Source: Podarcis bocagei
Lineage: Eukaryota
Strand: one strand, 5' to 3'
Assembly (NCBI GenBank): GCA_964188305.1
Contig: OZ076886.1
DNA: 64,000 bases
Part shown: positions 38,023 through 50,092 of the stretch, in pieces
Position numbering within the stretch: position 1 is the stretch's first letter
Layout of the letters: each line of letters begins with the position of its first letter
The notes under the pieces: model-generated
Seen by the model: the letters and a program-made list of their open reading frames with translations, nothing else
Databases searched by the model: none
Told to the model about the DNA's origin: nothing
Translations under genes and position numbers: made by a program

Positions 38023-39051
38023 ATAGTAGACTCATATTAGACTAATATTTCAAGGGAACCAGCCAGCTCTCCATTGTGTCGCCTAATTGAAGCGAAGTAA
38101 CATATTATATTCAAGTTGGGTTTGGTTCTTGGGTTGCTCGGGTTCAAAAGGCCAGAGTGCCAGGCACACCTGTTGTGATCTTAATTCTGCTTACTAAGAT
38201 TCACTGGAGGGAAGTGGACTGCATGAAAAAAATAGTAGAAAAACTTGCCCCCTTGTAAATGAAGAGATCTCAGGTTTAATCAACCTGTCTCATGGGTGGG
38301 CTGGCCCAGTCTGCTGGTAATGGGTGAACTGACCTCATTGAAATTTGGAATTGATCATGACTTACAGACCAAGCTGTATAGAAATGTGGAATCCTTTTGG
38401 AGCTCTCCTATATTCTGAGAAGTAAATCTTCTCATTTTTTAATAGAACACATGCTCTAGAGAAGTTCATCTTGGGAATGTGATATGTCTAATGAAGGTAC
38501 TTCCAACCTATTGAGACTCAGGACCCACTTTTATCCTGAACATGCATTTGGGGACCCGTTTCTTTTACCATAGATTTGCATGGTTGTAGTCCTATTGGCA
38601 ACCCACCTTGGATCAGGCCATGCCCCACCAGTTGAAGACCAGTGGTCTGATGGGACTTTGCAACTTTTGTGCATCACAATGTCAAGCCATCATTCTCTGC
38701 TTGGCTTCCATCATCTGTGTTCTGTTTATAAGCTGAAGATGTGGAGCCCCAAGCAGAGGATGTGGCTGTGAGGGGAACAGGTGACAGAAGCAATAATAAC
38801 AATGTTAGCACCTGTTTAGAGGAGGACTCAGCATGCTGCAGCTGTCAAGGAAAAGACGCCTCCCATCACTCATCATAGTCAATTCCTGCAGGAAGGACTG
38901 TGCAAAAGAAGAAGAAGAAGAAGAATTAACCTGTAATAAATCTTTATTTTTCATTACAAACACATCACAATTCAAGATGATCAGAGTCAGGACTCATTCT
39001 ACACAGGTTAGATCAACTAGAGACGAGGGAGATTATTGTGATTGTGATTAT

Positions 39052-40070
39052 GATTTTATTTATTTATTTATTTATTTATTTCCCACCTTATTCCCTGACA
39101 GGGACTCAAGGCAACTTACAGTTAAAATGTGAAGAGCTAAAAACATGGGTGGATAAAACAATCATTAAAAACAATCAAACATGAATAAAATTAAAACTGT
39201 ATATAAACATAAAAAGATCTACTAAAACATACAGATAATGACAATGAAAACAGTGCAGCACCAGCCCTTTCATTAAAAGCAGTCAGTTCCCACAAGCCTG
39301 TTGGGACAAGAAAGTCTTCATTTGCAAGCAGAAGGACATCAAGCAGAGAGCCAGTCTAACTTCTCTAGGGAGAGAGTTCCAAAGTCTGGGAGCAGCCATC
39401 AGAAGACCATCTCCTGTGGTCCTACCAAGCATGCCTGTGAGGGTGGCAGGACTGAGAGAAGGGCCACCTCCGAATATCGCAGAACCCGGGCAGGTTTTTA
39501 TGAGAGAAAACAGGCCTTCATACAGCTTGGATCTAAGCTGTACAGGGCTTTACAGGTCATAACCAGCATTCAAATTGTGCCCAGAAACAAACAGAGCTGT
39601 TGTAACAAGGAACAAAAACTGGGACATGGGTGGTGCTGTGGGCTAAACCACTGAGCCTCTTGGGCTTGCCAATCAGAAGGTCAGCAATTCAAATCCCCAC
39701 GACGGGGCGAACTCCCATTGCTCTGTCTCAGCTCCTGCCAACCTAGCAGTTTGAAAGCACGTCAGTGCAAGTAGATAAATAGGTACCACTGTGGTGGGAA
39801 GGTAAACAGAGTTTCCATGCACTCTGGCATTCATCACAGTCCTCTGTGCACCAGTAACGGTTTAGTCATGCTGGCCACATAACCCGGAAAGCTGTCTGTG
39901 GACAAATGCTGACTCCCTCGGCCTGAAAGTGAGATGAGCACCACAACTCCGTAGTCACCTTTGACTGGACTTAACCGTCCAGGGGTCCTTTAACTTTTAC
40001 CTTTACCTTGTAACAAGGGAGTCGTATGCTCCCTATAACCAGCCCGAGTCAACAATCTGACCACAAGCGA
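39052..40070 (-). mobile_element. Old L2 3' fragment interrupted by a Sauria SINE
   Basis: (TTTA)n tail near 39055; antisense MLVMTCKALYSLDP and AAPRLWNSLPREVRL; sequence resumes after the SINE TSD. Confidence 0.75.
39621..40007 (+). mobile_element. Sauria SINE (Squam1), long variant, full length
   Basis: GGGACATGGGTGGTGCTGTGGGCTAAACC...GGGGTCCTTTAACTTTTACCTTTACC; 11-bp TSD TTGTAACAAGG (39600-39610 and 40008-40018). Confidence 0.95.
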
Positions 40071-40404
40071 ATGGACAGCTGATAAACATTCTGCACTACG
40101 GCTACAGCTCTCTGATATATCAAACTAATACTTTGCATTATATTCTGGTTTACTTTCCCCCAAGAAGCACAGATGTATGGTGGCCCCATTTTACCCCCAG
40201 AACAATCCTGGATCACTCAGTAGGCTGTGCGGTTGAACAGGTATCTAAACAAGTTAAAACTGGAGGAAGCAATATGGAGGAAATTATATTCCTTTAACTG
40301 ATGCAGAATGCAGCAGCTAGGTAGCAGCAACTGGGGCATCCCATTGGCACCAGATGATACTTCTGCTGTGGGAGCTGCAATTGCTGCCAGTATGTCACCT
40401 AACA

Positions 40405-40930
40405 CAGCTCAAGGTTATGCTTTTAGCATTCAAAGCCTTAAACAACTTAGGACCAAGTTACCTAAGGGACCACCATATATCACTTCCTGGCAACTACACT
40501 CTTCAGATGAGGCACTGCTAAGAGTACAGTGGTACCTTGGGTTACATACACTTCAGGTTACATACGCTTCAGGTTATAGACTCCACTAACCCAGAAATAG
40601 TACCTCGGGTTAAGAACTTTGCTTCAGGATGAGAACAGAAATTGTGCTCCTGCGGCACGGCAGCAGCGGGAGGCCCCATCAGCTAAAGTGGTGCTTCAGG
40701 TTAAGAACAGTTTCAGGTTAAGAACGGACCTCCGGAACGAATTAAGTACTTAACCCGAGGTACCACTGTACTGCATACACCAGCAGTGTGCTTACTGTAC
40801 ACAAGATACTGGGCTTTTAGCACTACAGCTCTAGCCCTCTGTATTGAGTTATCGACAGAAATTAGACAGGTACCCAGCATTTTGACATTCATATGGCTCT
40901 TGAAGACCTTTTTGTTTAAGAAGGCTTTCC
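40405..40930 (+). mobile_element. Old L2 3' fragment interrupted by a family A MITE
   Basis: FKALNNLGPSYLRD..SSDEALLRV [MITE] ..TRYWAFSTTALALCIELSTEIRQVPSILTFIWLLKTFLFKKAF. Confidence 0.75.
40527..40768. mobile_element. Tc1/mariner MITE, family A
   Basis: TA|CAGTGGTACCTTGGGTT ... AACCCGAGGTACCACTG|TA. Confidence 0.93.
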
Positions 40931-41062
40931 CTGAAGGGTCATTTTGTGCCGTGATTATTGGACAATGGCTGAAATGGGTTTATTGCCTTTAGCTGACTGA
41001 CAGCGCTGGATTTAGGGTGGTCCGATGGTTCCCATGCACAGGGCACCAAGCCAAGGGGATGC

Positions 41063-41104
<42 letters not shown>
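41063..41104. repeat. (AAT)n microsatellite
   Basis: Direct reading. Confidence 0.97.
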
Positions 41105-41106
<2 letters not shown>

Positions 41107-44100
41107 GATAAGATCCATTTAAAAAGCAAGGGTACCAAAAGGAAGTATTGCGAAACTAAGAAATATTATGGGGTATGCCAATTTTGTCCTTCACTCAGCG
41201 TGCCATGTTACCAAAGTCTGCCCCTGTTCTTGATATATTATCTTTTGTATTTTAATCTCAGTTGATTGCACATTGTTTCAGCAGATTTTGGTTGTGAAGT
41301 TGTGTATAAATCTGGAAAGAAAGAAAAAGTTCCTCTTTTATTAATTTCCCTGTAGTTTATTGTGCTGAATACAGGCGGCCACCCAAATGGATGTGCAGCT
41401 GAGCTAGGACTTGCTCATTCATTCTTCTGAGCTGCCCGAAGAACTTGGCAGATAGTGTTTTTTTTCTATCTAGGAACCATAAAGAGGTTAAGTAATTTGG
41501 ATCAGGAAATGGGTCAACCGAAAACTGTTTTGTAGAACTCCCTTTGACCTTCTTGCTGGTTGAAATCACTTCTTCTTAAAACTCCTCAGCTTGGCAAGTA
41601 AACGTCCAGATGAATGCTACCTTCCCAAACAATTAAAAATGTACTTTGGCTCTATTTGCTGGCATCTTGAAGCATTCAGAGGCACCATTTAGAATAGAAA
41701 GTGACTAATGAAAAAGTCTGTCTCCTGGATCTGAACAGGGCAGCTCACGGGCAACATGGGAAAATAGTAATAGATGCTGAATATCCCTTAGGCCAAAAAT
41801 TCCAAAGACTCTGTGGTTAATGTACTGCAGAATATGAGAATTTAATGCAAACTATAAGGGTCAGGAGAGGTCACAGTTACCTGGGGAACCACCTGGACAT
41901 TTGTCAGCTTCCTCCAGGGTAGAACTGCACTCCTGGTGACTTCAAGTAATATGAAAGTATTCAGAAGCAGTCTGTTGGGTTCCATCTCATTCCAAATAAA
42001 ATACATTTAATTGTGTTTAGCTCCCAGATGTACTAGAGGCAAATACAGATATGTGGCTTCTTTATTCTCCTGACAAATAAACGTTTTTCTAAATTCAAAT
42101 GAGAATGTTGGGACATTGATCCAAAATATCTCATGATTCACCTCATGTGTACATTGTTTGTCTCTAGGTTGTTCAGCGTTTGGCTTAGGGCTACATGGGT
42201 GAATTGGGAGGGGGGGAGACTTTTGGTGCAACTTTGGTGCTACTATCCTGCACCCAAATTCCAAGCCAAAAGGTATCCCAAGAAAGTGTTCAGCTCAGCT
42301 TTAGTCTCAGTATTCTTCTTCTGTTTGTTCCTTTCACTGCTGCTGCAACAGTGAAATAATCTGCCTAGCAAGTGTGGTGATTTCGGAATTCTGAAACCCA
42401 AGTTCAAATTTCAGTTTAGATATAAAACTCTCTAGGGGATTTGGGGTGATCCCTTTTTCTCACATGGATAGGAAACATGTAGCCCGCCAGATGTTACTGT
42501 ACATCTGGCCACTGACCATGCTGGGTAGGGTTGATGGGTATTGGAATCCAACAACCTCTAGAGAGCTGGAGGTTCTCAGTCCCTAGCCTCAAGAGCTTCA
42601 TTAATCTCACAAGCGATTCTTTTGTTGTTGTTGAGACACCATGATCCAGGTGGGATCATATATTGAGGGAAATCGCCCTCTTTCAGTTTAACTAATTTTA
42701 CTGGATTGCTGTGGTGATAGAACAAAATACCTACTTCCATGTACATTGCATCCTGCTTGGCAAAGTTCAGGCAAACATGATCTATAAATTAGTTCTCCTC
42801 AATAAAAGTCAGAGGACAAGTCAAGCAAAACAAGAGAGGCCGTAAGACCAGAAGTCGATTTGCTTATAGGTGACTGCGTTGTGTAGGAGCTGTTTCAAGT
42901 TTTACAATTACACAATCTTTGCCCACGCTTATTTGCGAACTGAGCAATAGATTCCCCCCAGCACACACACACTCCTGCATTTCAATAGCTGCTTTATCCA
43001 TAGTTGCACAAGCCAAGGATGTAGTCAGCAAACACAGAGTCAAAGGAAGTGAGTGCAAATTGGCCCACTGAGTGGACATTAAAGCAAGCGGTGATATCAC
43101 TCTTAAAATATAAGAACTCTAACGTAATATACTTTAATAGCTGGGTAATTGCAGCATGCAAAGAAGGGGCTCCTTTGTGAAGGAGCTCTGCTGAAAGCTG
43201 TAAGTGAGCGCTCATGACATCACAGCCCATGTACAAGGAATACGTTATTCTCCAAGCTCTGCCAAAAATGGACCAGCCAATCCCCAGATAACTTAGTGGG
43301 AGGCCAGGAGAGAAGAGTTAATGGGATGATTGATTTACAGCTGGAAAGAATTAGAAAGTCTGTGAGAAGTGACAAGCTGACTTTGTTTGAAAGCTTTAAA
43401 AGAGTCCCCCCCCCTAAAAAATATTTCTTTTTACCCAAGGTCAAATGGTTCCATCAGTGTTTTCTTCCTATGCCTGGAGCTGACAGGTGTTCTGTGGGGC
43501 TCTTTATTTTCACAGTCTCAAAAAACAGTTGCGAAAGAAGAAAAGCATGAAAATATAACCCCTACTTGGAAACTCACCCTGCATGCATAATGCTGTGGGC
43601 AGTTACAGTCCACAACCCAAATGGAGGGTTTCTGAAAAGGTCCAAGGCTCCCTGCTTTAAACGCTTCATGAAGATGCAATGCTGTGGAATATGTACTCTG
43701 CCACCACAAAGCTGCCACAAAGCTTATCATCTTCTTGGGGCAAACATGGGAATAAATGGAGTCATAGCGTCATGTGTATAAAAGGTTACCAAAACTGGAT
43801 ATGCAAATTTCAGGGAGCTGGAATTTTTCTACCAAGAGCTACAAGGAAACACATGCCAACTTACCCTGACAAACCTAAGGTAGGTCTGTTGACAGTGCTA
43901 AGAAGAACAACTGAATTGGTCCTGTCCCCACTACAAGTTGAGTTGTAGCTGTCCAGTTTGAGAGAAAGAAACTGTATGAGATTTTGACTGTCTGGCAGGG
44001 GACTAGAGTGTCAGGCTATGTGCACACATTTAGATCACATAAACCTTACCAAAGAATCTTGAGAACTATAGTTTAAGGGTGCCAGGATCTGTAGAGCTCT

Positions 44101-44558
44101 GTATGTTACAGTTCCCTGGGTTATTTGAGAAATGCACTATCAACAACAGAAGTTTAATTACACATGTCTTCTATTGTTCCAACAAATAAGGCATCCTTAT
44201 CATCCTGATCTTCATCATCTTGGAATTTCTCACTGTTTAACCTGAACATAGATATCTCATATGAAAGATACTGCCACCTGTGTTCTTGTCTCTGATAAAA
44301 GGAAAATATCTGTTCAGAAGTGTTGTCGAGATAAACCATGCTGCTAATTTGGAATTAAATGGAACCACAAATATTCATGGAAAGGTTAGCACTGAAATAG
44401 AGCAGTCTTCCCAAACCTGGTATTCTCCAGATATGGTTGGACTCCTGTTCTCATCATCACTGACAATTGAATGTGCTGGCTTGTGCTGATGGGGACTGGA
44501 GTCGAAAACTGCTTTTGAAATCTCCCTCAGTCGCTGCAGCACCAGAAAAAATATAGAG

Positions 44559-44747
44559 AGTGATACCTGAGGTTAAGAACTTAATTCGTTCTGGAGGTCC
44601 GTTCTTAACCTGAAACTGTTCTTAACCTGAGGAACCACTTTAGCTAATGGGGCATCCCACTGCCACTGCACGATTTCTGTTCTCATCCTGAAGCAAAGTT
44701 CTTAACCTGAGGTACTATTTCTGGGTTAGCGGAGTCTGTAACCTGAA
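44559..44747. mobile_element. Tc1/mariner MITE, family A, truncated
   Basis: AGTGATACCTGAGGTTAAGAACTTAATTCGTTCTGGAGGTCCG...GGAGTCTGTAACCTGAA; right TIR missing. Confidence 0.85.
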
Positions 44748-45768
44748 AGGAGCAAGATTTGTACCACTTTTAGATTTCTGAAAGCAAAAACAATGGCATA
44801 TTTCATATTAACACTCCTACCCTAAACAGATTTTCTCTTTTGTAAATCCTGTTGATTGCACCCTTATTTTCATTTCCAATTTTGAGATTGAAAAGCATCT
44901 TTCCTTTAAGCAACCACAGGGGGTAAAAAATGAGGGGAGGGATGGGGAACAGTTACTTGTTGGGGTGGGGGTCAGTTATGCCCCTCTCATTTTCTATGGC
45001 CTGTCTGTGTCCTCAGGTTTCTTTTTTTTAAAAAAAGTTAATTATGATGTGTTATGAGGTAGAGGTGTTAGGCTTGACCAACCCAAATTTCAGTTGGACA
45101 AATAGAACAAATCATGTAATTCTTTGAATCCAGACCTACTAAAAAGGGGGGGGGGGCAGGAATCAAAATTCCCTAAACTGTGACTTTTAAAGACTTTTTA
45201 TCTCTGCTGCTTCAGATTTCCAAAGACAAAAATAAAAACTTTTATTCTCTTCAGATGGAGGGGGCAAATTTTATTCCACTAGCACCAAATGTAAGCACAT
45301 TTTGAACAGGAATTCATCAAAGTTGTCTCGATGTACAGCTATCATTGTGCATGCATTCCAAATGTTTCATATTGGGCTGCTAGGGAAAGCAGCCTGCGGG
45401 CAAGACAATAGAAGAAAAATAATATACATGATTATACGGCTGACTGAAAGTGATACCAGGAACAACAGAGACATTAGGTTTCAGGCACAGAAGGGAGAAA
45501 GAGTAATGACCAAGGTAGAATAGCTGCAATATACAGTTGGATGCAGCTAATTTTTCATTGTGGGAATCTAGAAAACATGTTATCATGTTCTAATTGCACT
45601 GACACTTTACCATAACACCCACATAAAACAAGTGTGTGTTGTGTGCATGTAGATAGGCAGATAAATAGATTTCCTTTTGTACTGTCCTTCAGGATCAGAG
45701 GGAATACAAATATGATACATGACCAGAGTCTGGAGTTTCCCTTATTTTTCAACTTTGTCTACAATGGG

Positions 45769-45904
45769 TAGGATGTTTTTTCAGCCAGAATTCGCCAGTA
45801 CTCAGTTCCTGCACCTCTCAGGTAGGTGCCATTGCCATCCTAAGAGAATGAGGGAGGTGTTCATGGTGAGTTCCAGCCCCTCTTTTTCCTGAAAAATAGC
45901 ACTG
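45769..45904. mobile_element. hAT MITE, family C (inverted relative to 33077)
   Basis: Interior is the reverse complement of the 33077 copy; ends AATAGCACTG; 8-bp TSD ACAATGGG/ACAATGAG. Confidence 0.78.
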
Positions 45905-46193
45905 ACAATGAGATAATTAAATGGAAAAACTTCTCACCTGGCTTCCATTTCATCCTCATCCTCATCCTCATCCTCATTTTATTTGTATGCTGCCTTTAGA
46001 GTTAAAATCATGCTCAAGGTGGCTTAGAACATGAAATGATTTAATTACAAAAGTAGTCATAAATGATAAATCAATCACATCAAAAATTACACAACAAAAC
46101 TGAACAATTTCCACATAAATCATAATACAGAAAGAAAAAATAGTCATAACAGCAAGAAAAACCCATAAACAATACTCCAGCCTGAATTACTAT

Positions 46194-46506
46194 GGCTGCA
46201 TTCACACATTCAGTTTATTCTCTTTTCCCAACATTTCCAGAGCTGTTAATACCTGCATTATATCTGAGCTTTCACACAATGTAAAAGGCACTTCTGGAAG
46301 TATAGCAGAATATGGTGCAAGTTTAGCGCTGATCTCCTTGTTATTTGCTGCCAATCTGTTTGCAAATAAAACAGAAATGAGTATGAAACATGCACTATGT
46401 TCCTGGAAGTGGCTTTTACAACGTGTGAAAGCTCAAATATAATGTGGGAATTAACAGTTCAGGAAACGTTGGGGAAATTGAATAAATTGTCATGTGAACA
46501 CAGCGC
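46194..46506. mobile_element. Long-TIR foldback element (MITE; possibly PIF/Harbinger)
   Basis: About 115-bp imperfect inverted arms, e.g. CATTATATCTGAGCTTTCACACAATGTAAAAGGCACTTC vs GAAGTGGCTTTTACAACGTGTGAAAGCTCAAATATAATG. Confidence 0.75.
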
Positions 46507-47092
46507 ATAAGGAAACTTGAACCAGTTCAATGAACTGGAATATCACCTCCATTGTGGGGGGGTTCCTTGTTTTCACCCGAATTACTCACTTCCATAATTA
46601 AAGAATAATGAGCCAAACCATTGCCTTCACTTGAGCTGAACCTCTTCTGTATGGAGATTCCAGCTTTTTTTTTTTTAAATCCATCTTTGTAACATGCCCA
46701 AGAATAATGGGTATATTATATTATTCATTGTCTATTGCTGCTACTGTATTGCTTTACATCAGACAGGCATTACACTATAGACATGGGACAATGTTAAGGG
46801 CCAGCAGAGAGGCCAACTAGTAACGAGGTCCTGTATATTCAAAACAAAAACCCACGACACAGTTGCAACCCTCCAGTTTGCAGAGCTAAGTCAGGGGAGA
46901 AGACAATGGCAATGAGGCTTCAGTGTTACAGATGGCAGAACTGTGGTTTTAGTCAGTTGGTTTCTGCCTCATGTCATTTAGTACTGTCTATGATACTGTC
47001 CTACTCTGCGCAAAGGACTCTGGGATGGCTGAGCATTTTTTCAAAGTAACCTCTGGGTAGGGGTCCTCCACATCCAGACCAATACCCTTAGT

Positions 47093-47094
<2 letters not shown>

Positions 47095-47167
<73 letters not shown>
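47095..47167. repeat. Compound (CT)n(TA)n microsatellite
   Basis: Direct reading. Confidence 0.97.
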
Positions 47168-47170
<3 letters not shown>

Positions 47171-47176
47171 GGGTAC

Positions 47177-47596
47177 TGTGGTGTTCATACAGCGCCCCTG
47201 GTCATTTCACGGACTATTGACCTGTACACCACTACTTTATCCTTCCACTGCCACCAATTTTGTGGAAAAAACCCAGGGTTCCCCGGTGAAGTATTGAGTC
47301 TCAGTCAGGTAGAGTTAACAAAGAAGATTAGAGTTTATTTCAAACACAAACAAGTTTTAAAATATATTCGAAATGCTGTCACTATTTCCTCTCAGTCTTG
47401 TCCCTGTCTCTAACTCACTCTGACTCCTCTATCTCACCCCCCCCCCACAAAGAACCAACCAAACTAACTGTCAAAACCTCTGGGCTGAGCCTCAAAATCA
47501 GGTAGGCTCTGCCTCCGGGCTTTCCTATTGGTCAACCTATTAACCCTTTCTCTCCCCCAATACAAACATATCCCCAAAGTATGGGCAAACGTCACA
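47177..47596 (-). mobile_element. Solo LTR
   Basis: TGTG...CACA termini, 5-bp TSD GGTAC (47172-47176 and 47597-47601), AATAAA on the minus strand near 47335. Confidence 0.82.
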
Positions 47597-49811
47597 GGTA
47601 CTCTCATTTTGACTCAAGAAAATCACCATTTTATAGTTTAAATCGGGAAAAATAAATACAGTAAATGGACAAAAGTACAAAGATTCACAAAAAGTTTAGG
47701 GGTATGCATACCCCTGTGTTGTCATTCCCCCCAAAACGCTGTCCAAACTGCACCAAACCAAAGTCTTAAATGAAAACCACTACCACTACAGTTAACTGAA
47801 GAAAATATTCTGACTCAAAACCAGGATATGTAGTAGTAGTAGTTGTTGTTAAACAGATGAAGCCATGGGAAAGAGAAATTGGGAGGGGGGAATGGCAGCA
47901 GCTATGTCACTCCATCATGCCCTGCCAGCCACAGGTTTGACTGGTTAGTCATGAAAACCATAAGATGGGAAATACATACTTCTGCTCTTGGAAAATGAAT
48001 GAGTATGCCAAGCCACTCTGGGATTCTTGGCATACCTGGGTGTTGTTCATGAGCAGACACACATATAGGAACATTTAAGTTTGAGTAGGAAATGGGCATA
48101 TGTAGAAGGTATGGCATTTCAAATTAATACCCCCTACCCATTGTGAATAGGAATTAAAAAATAAAACCTAGACAAAGTGAATCATGGCAGAGGATCCACA
48201 TATTGCATTCTTTTTACAGATGAAGTGGTAAGAGGACCAAAATACGGCAAATGACATTAAGGAAGCTAAGTTGGCTCACAACCTTTGATGGGTTAATGTC
48301 ATTTTGATAAAATCAAATGGTTCGTGGGAGGGAGGGAGGCATGTGATGGGAAGAGGAAGACAACACTGGTGTTTCTAGAACTGAGTCGACTGTGTGTGTG
48401 CCCAGCACGGCAGGGAATTCCTGTCATTGCAATTTTCTGACATGTCTGCAGGCCTCATCAAGTGCCTCCCTGACACATTGAGGGCAGTACATTGCCACTA
48501 GATGTCACCTAATTGTCCCCAAATGAAGCATCTTTTGCTGCCCCCCACCCCACCCCCCACTGGAAACCCACTCCTGGACAAGGGGCTCCTCACAGGGCAA
48601 CTGTGAGTCCATTTGGTTAATGACTGATGAATGTGGCGGTAATGTGACTTAAAGGGACTAGAATTTGCCATAACCTCACTCATTAATGGAGCAGAGTTAA
48701 AAGGTTATTAATTCTCAGTCAGAGCTCGCCTGTCACCACCGTTAAAGAGCTTTATGGTCCATGCAGCAAATAAGAGCCAGTTGGGAAGCTGGGGGCACAC
48801 ACCCCCTTGCTCAGAATGCCCATCTTGCCCCACTGTTCTCCATTTCTTTTCCCCACCTCCTTTCTCACCCCAGCCCCAACCTCACTTGGGAAAATAATTT
48901 GCATTCTTTGCTAATTGAGAGAAGAACAATCAGAGTCCCAGGAAATTTGAACAGACTTCATTACTGACTTAGCTTCACTGTGAACGACAGCCCGCAAAAG
49001 GAGGTGTAATCCACTGGCAACGGACCAAAATTAGACTGGGAAGGAAAAGTCAAATGAGATGGAGGTTTTGCTGACAACAGGGTGGAATGGGCCATTTACA
49101 TTGCAGCCTAGGGATCTCTCTCCTTTAATGATATATCGTTAATGATATATCATAGCAACAAGAGTACTGTAGAGGCCCAACCCCAAGGCTGCCCTAGCTG
49201 ACATACTGTTGGGTCACACACAGTGTTGTGTTTCGCTAGCCAGAGAGAGAGCCACCCACGGCGTTGAGCCCGCGGATGCCAATGGCAATGAATAGCTTTT
49301 CATTTCTCCATTGACCTGGTTTATTCTGAGCCAGAACACAATTCTCATGGCTTGAGGAGAGAGAATGTGGCTCAGGAGGCTCCCGAGAGCCAGGTAGAGA
49401 GGACCGTAAGGCCACATTTGACTCCCAAGCCTGAAGCTCCCCAACTCATATAGCAGAGCAAATTGCTCTGTGCCTCAAAGAAATTAGTCCTGTGATGAAA
49501 TGGAAGAGCAGCCTTCTGCATGCTGCAAGTTAACAGAGCAGAAACAACAAAGAAGAAGGAGAAAAGCAATAGAACATTACATCTGCAGTAAGTGGGAATG
49601 GGGGTGGCAGTCCAAAAGTTCCTAGCAAACTGGAAGAGGAGTAGGGGATTGTTTCCTCAGTCAAAATGTGGCAATCAGTTTATGCCCTTCACATGGAAAA
49701 AAAGACTAATCTGATGAAGCTCCTGCTCTCACTAAAGATGAAATTCTTAGCCTTTTAGTACCAATTCAGCCTGTCTGGTTGATTATTTAATTTCTATTCC
49801 ACTTAATATAT

Positions 49812-49815
<4 letters not shown>

Positions 49816-49863
<48 letters not shown>
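49816..49863. repeat. (TA)n microsatellite, left flank of the Penelope-like fragment
   Basis: Direct reading. Confidence 0.97.
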
Positions 49864-49864
<1 letters not shown>

Positions 49865-50018
49865 TCTGTTCTAGTAACAAGAAGCCGAAAGCACCAGCCT
49901 GAAGATGACGAGTGAGACCTCGTCGAAACGTCGCCTAGACACCCCAACTCTTACACGGGAAGACACCCGAAGACACCAAAACCTGCATTCCTGTACCCGT
50001 GAAAATCTACGAAAGCAA
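49864..50018 (+). mobile_element. Penelope-like element terminal (pLTR) fragment inside (TA)n
   Basis: CCTGAAGATG-stem-CGAAACGTC motif plus 3' end CCCGTGAAAATCTACGAAAGCAAATA, resembling PLE pLTR ends; CpG-rich; (TA)n on both sides. Confidence 0.72.
49891..49940 (+). ncRNA. Minimal type I hammerhead ribozyme motif
   Basis: CUGAAGA (49899-49905), U, stem II GACGAG/CUCGUC with UGAGAC loop, GAAA (49925-49928), minimal stem III, GUC cleavage triplet ending at 49932; stem I is weak. Confidence 0.65.
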
Positions 50019-50046
50019 ATATATATATATATATATATATATCTGC

Positions 50047-50047
50047 A

Positions 50048-50092
<45 letters not shown>

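Larger units (their letters stand above)
47089..47741. mobile_element. hAT-like non-autonomous element hosting a compound microsatellite and a solo LTR
   Basis: TAGTGCT(CT)n(TA)nTTTGGGGTAC [LTR] TCTCATTTTGACTCAAGAAAATCACC...AGGGGTATGCATACCCCTG...AAAACGCTG. Confidence 0.55.
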
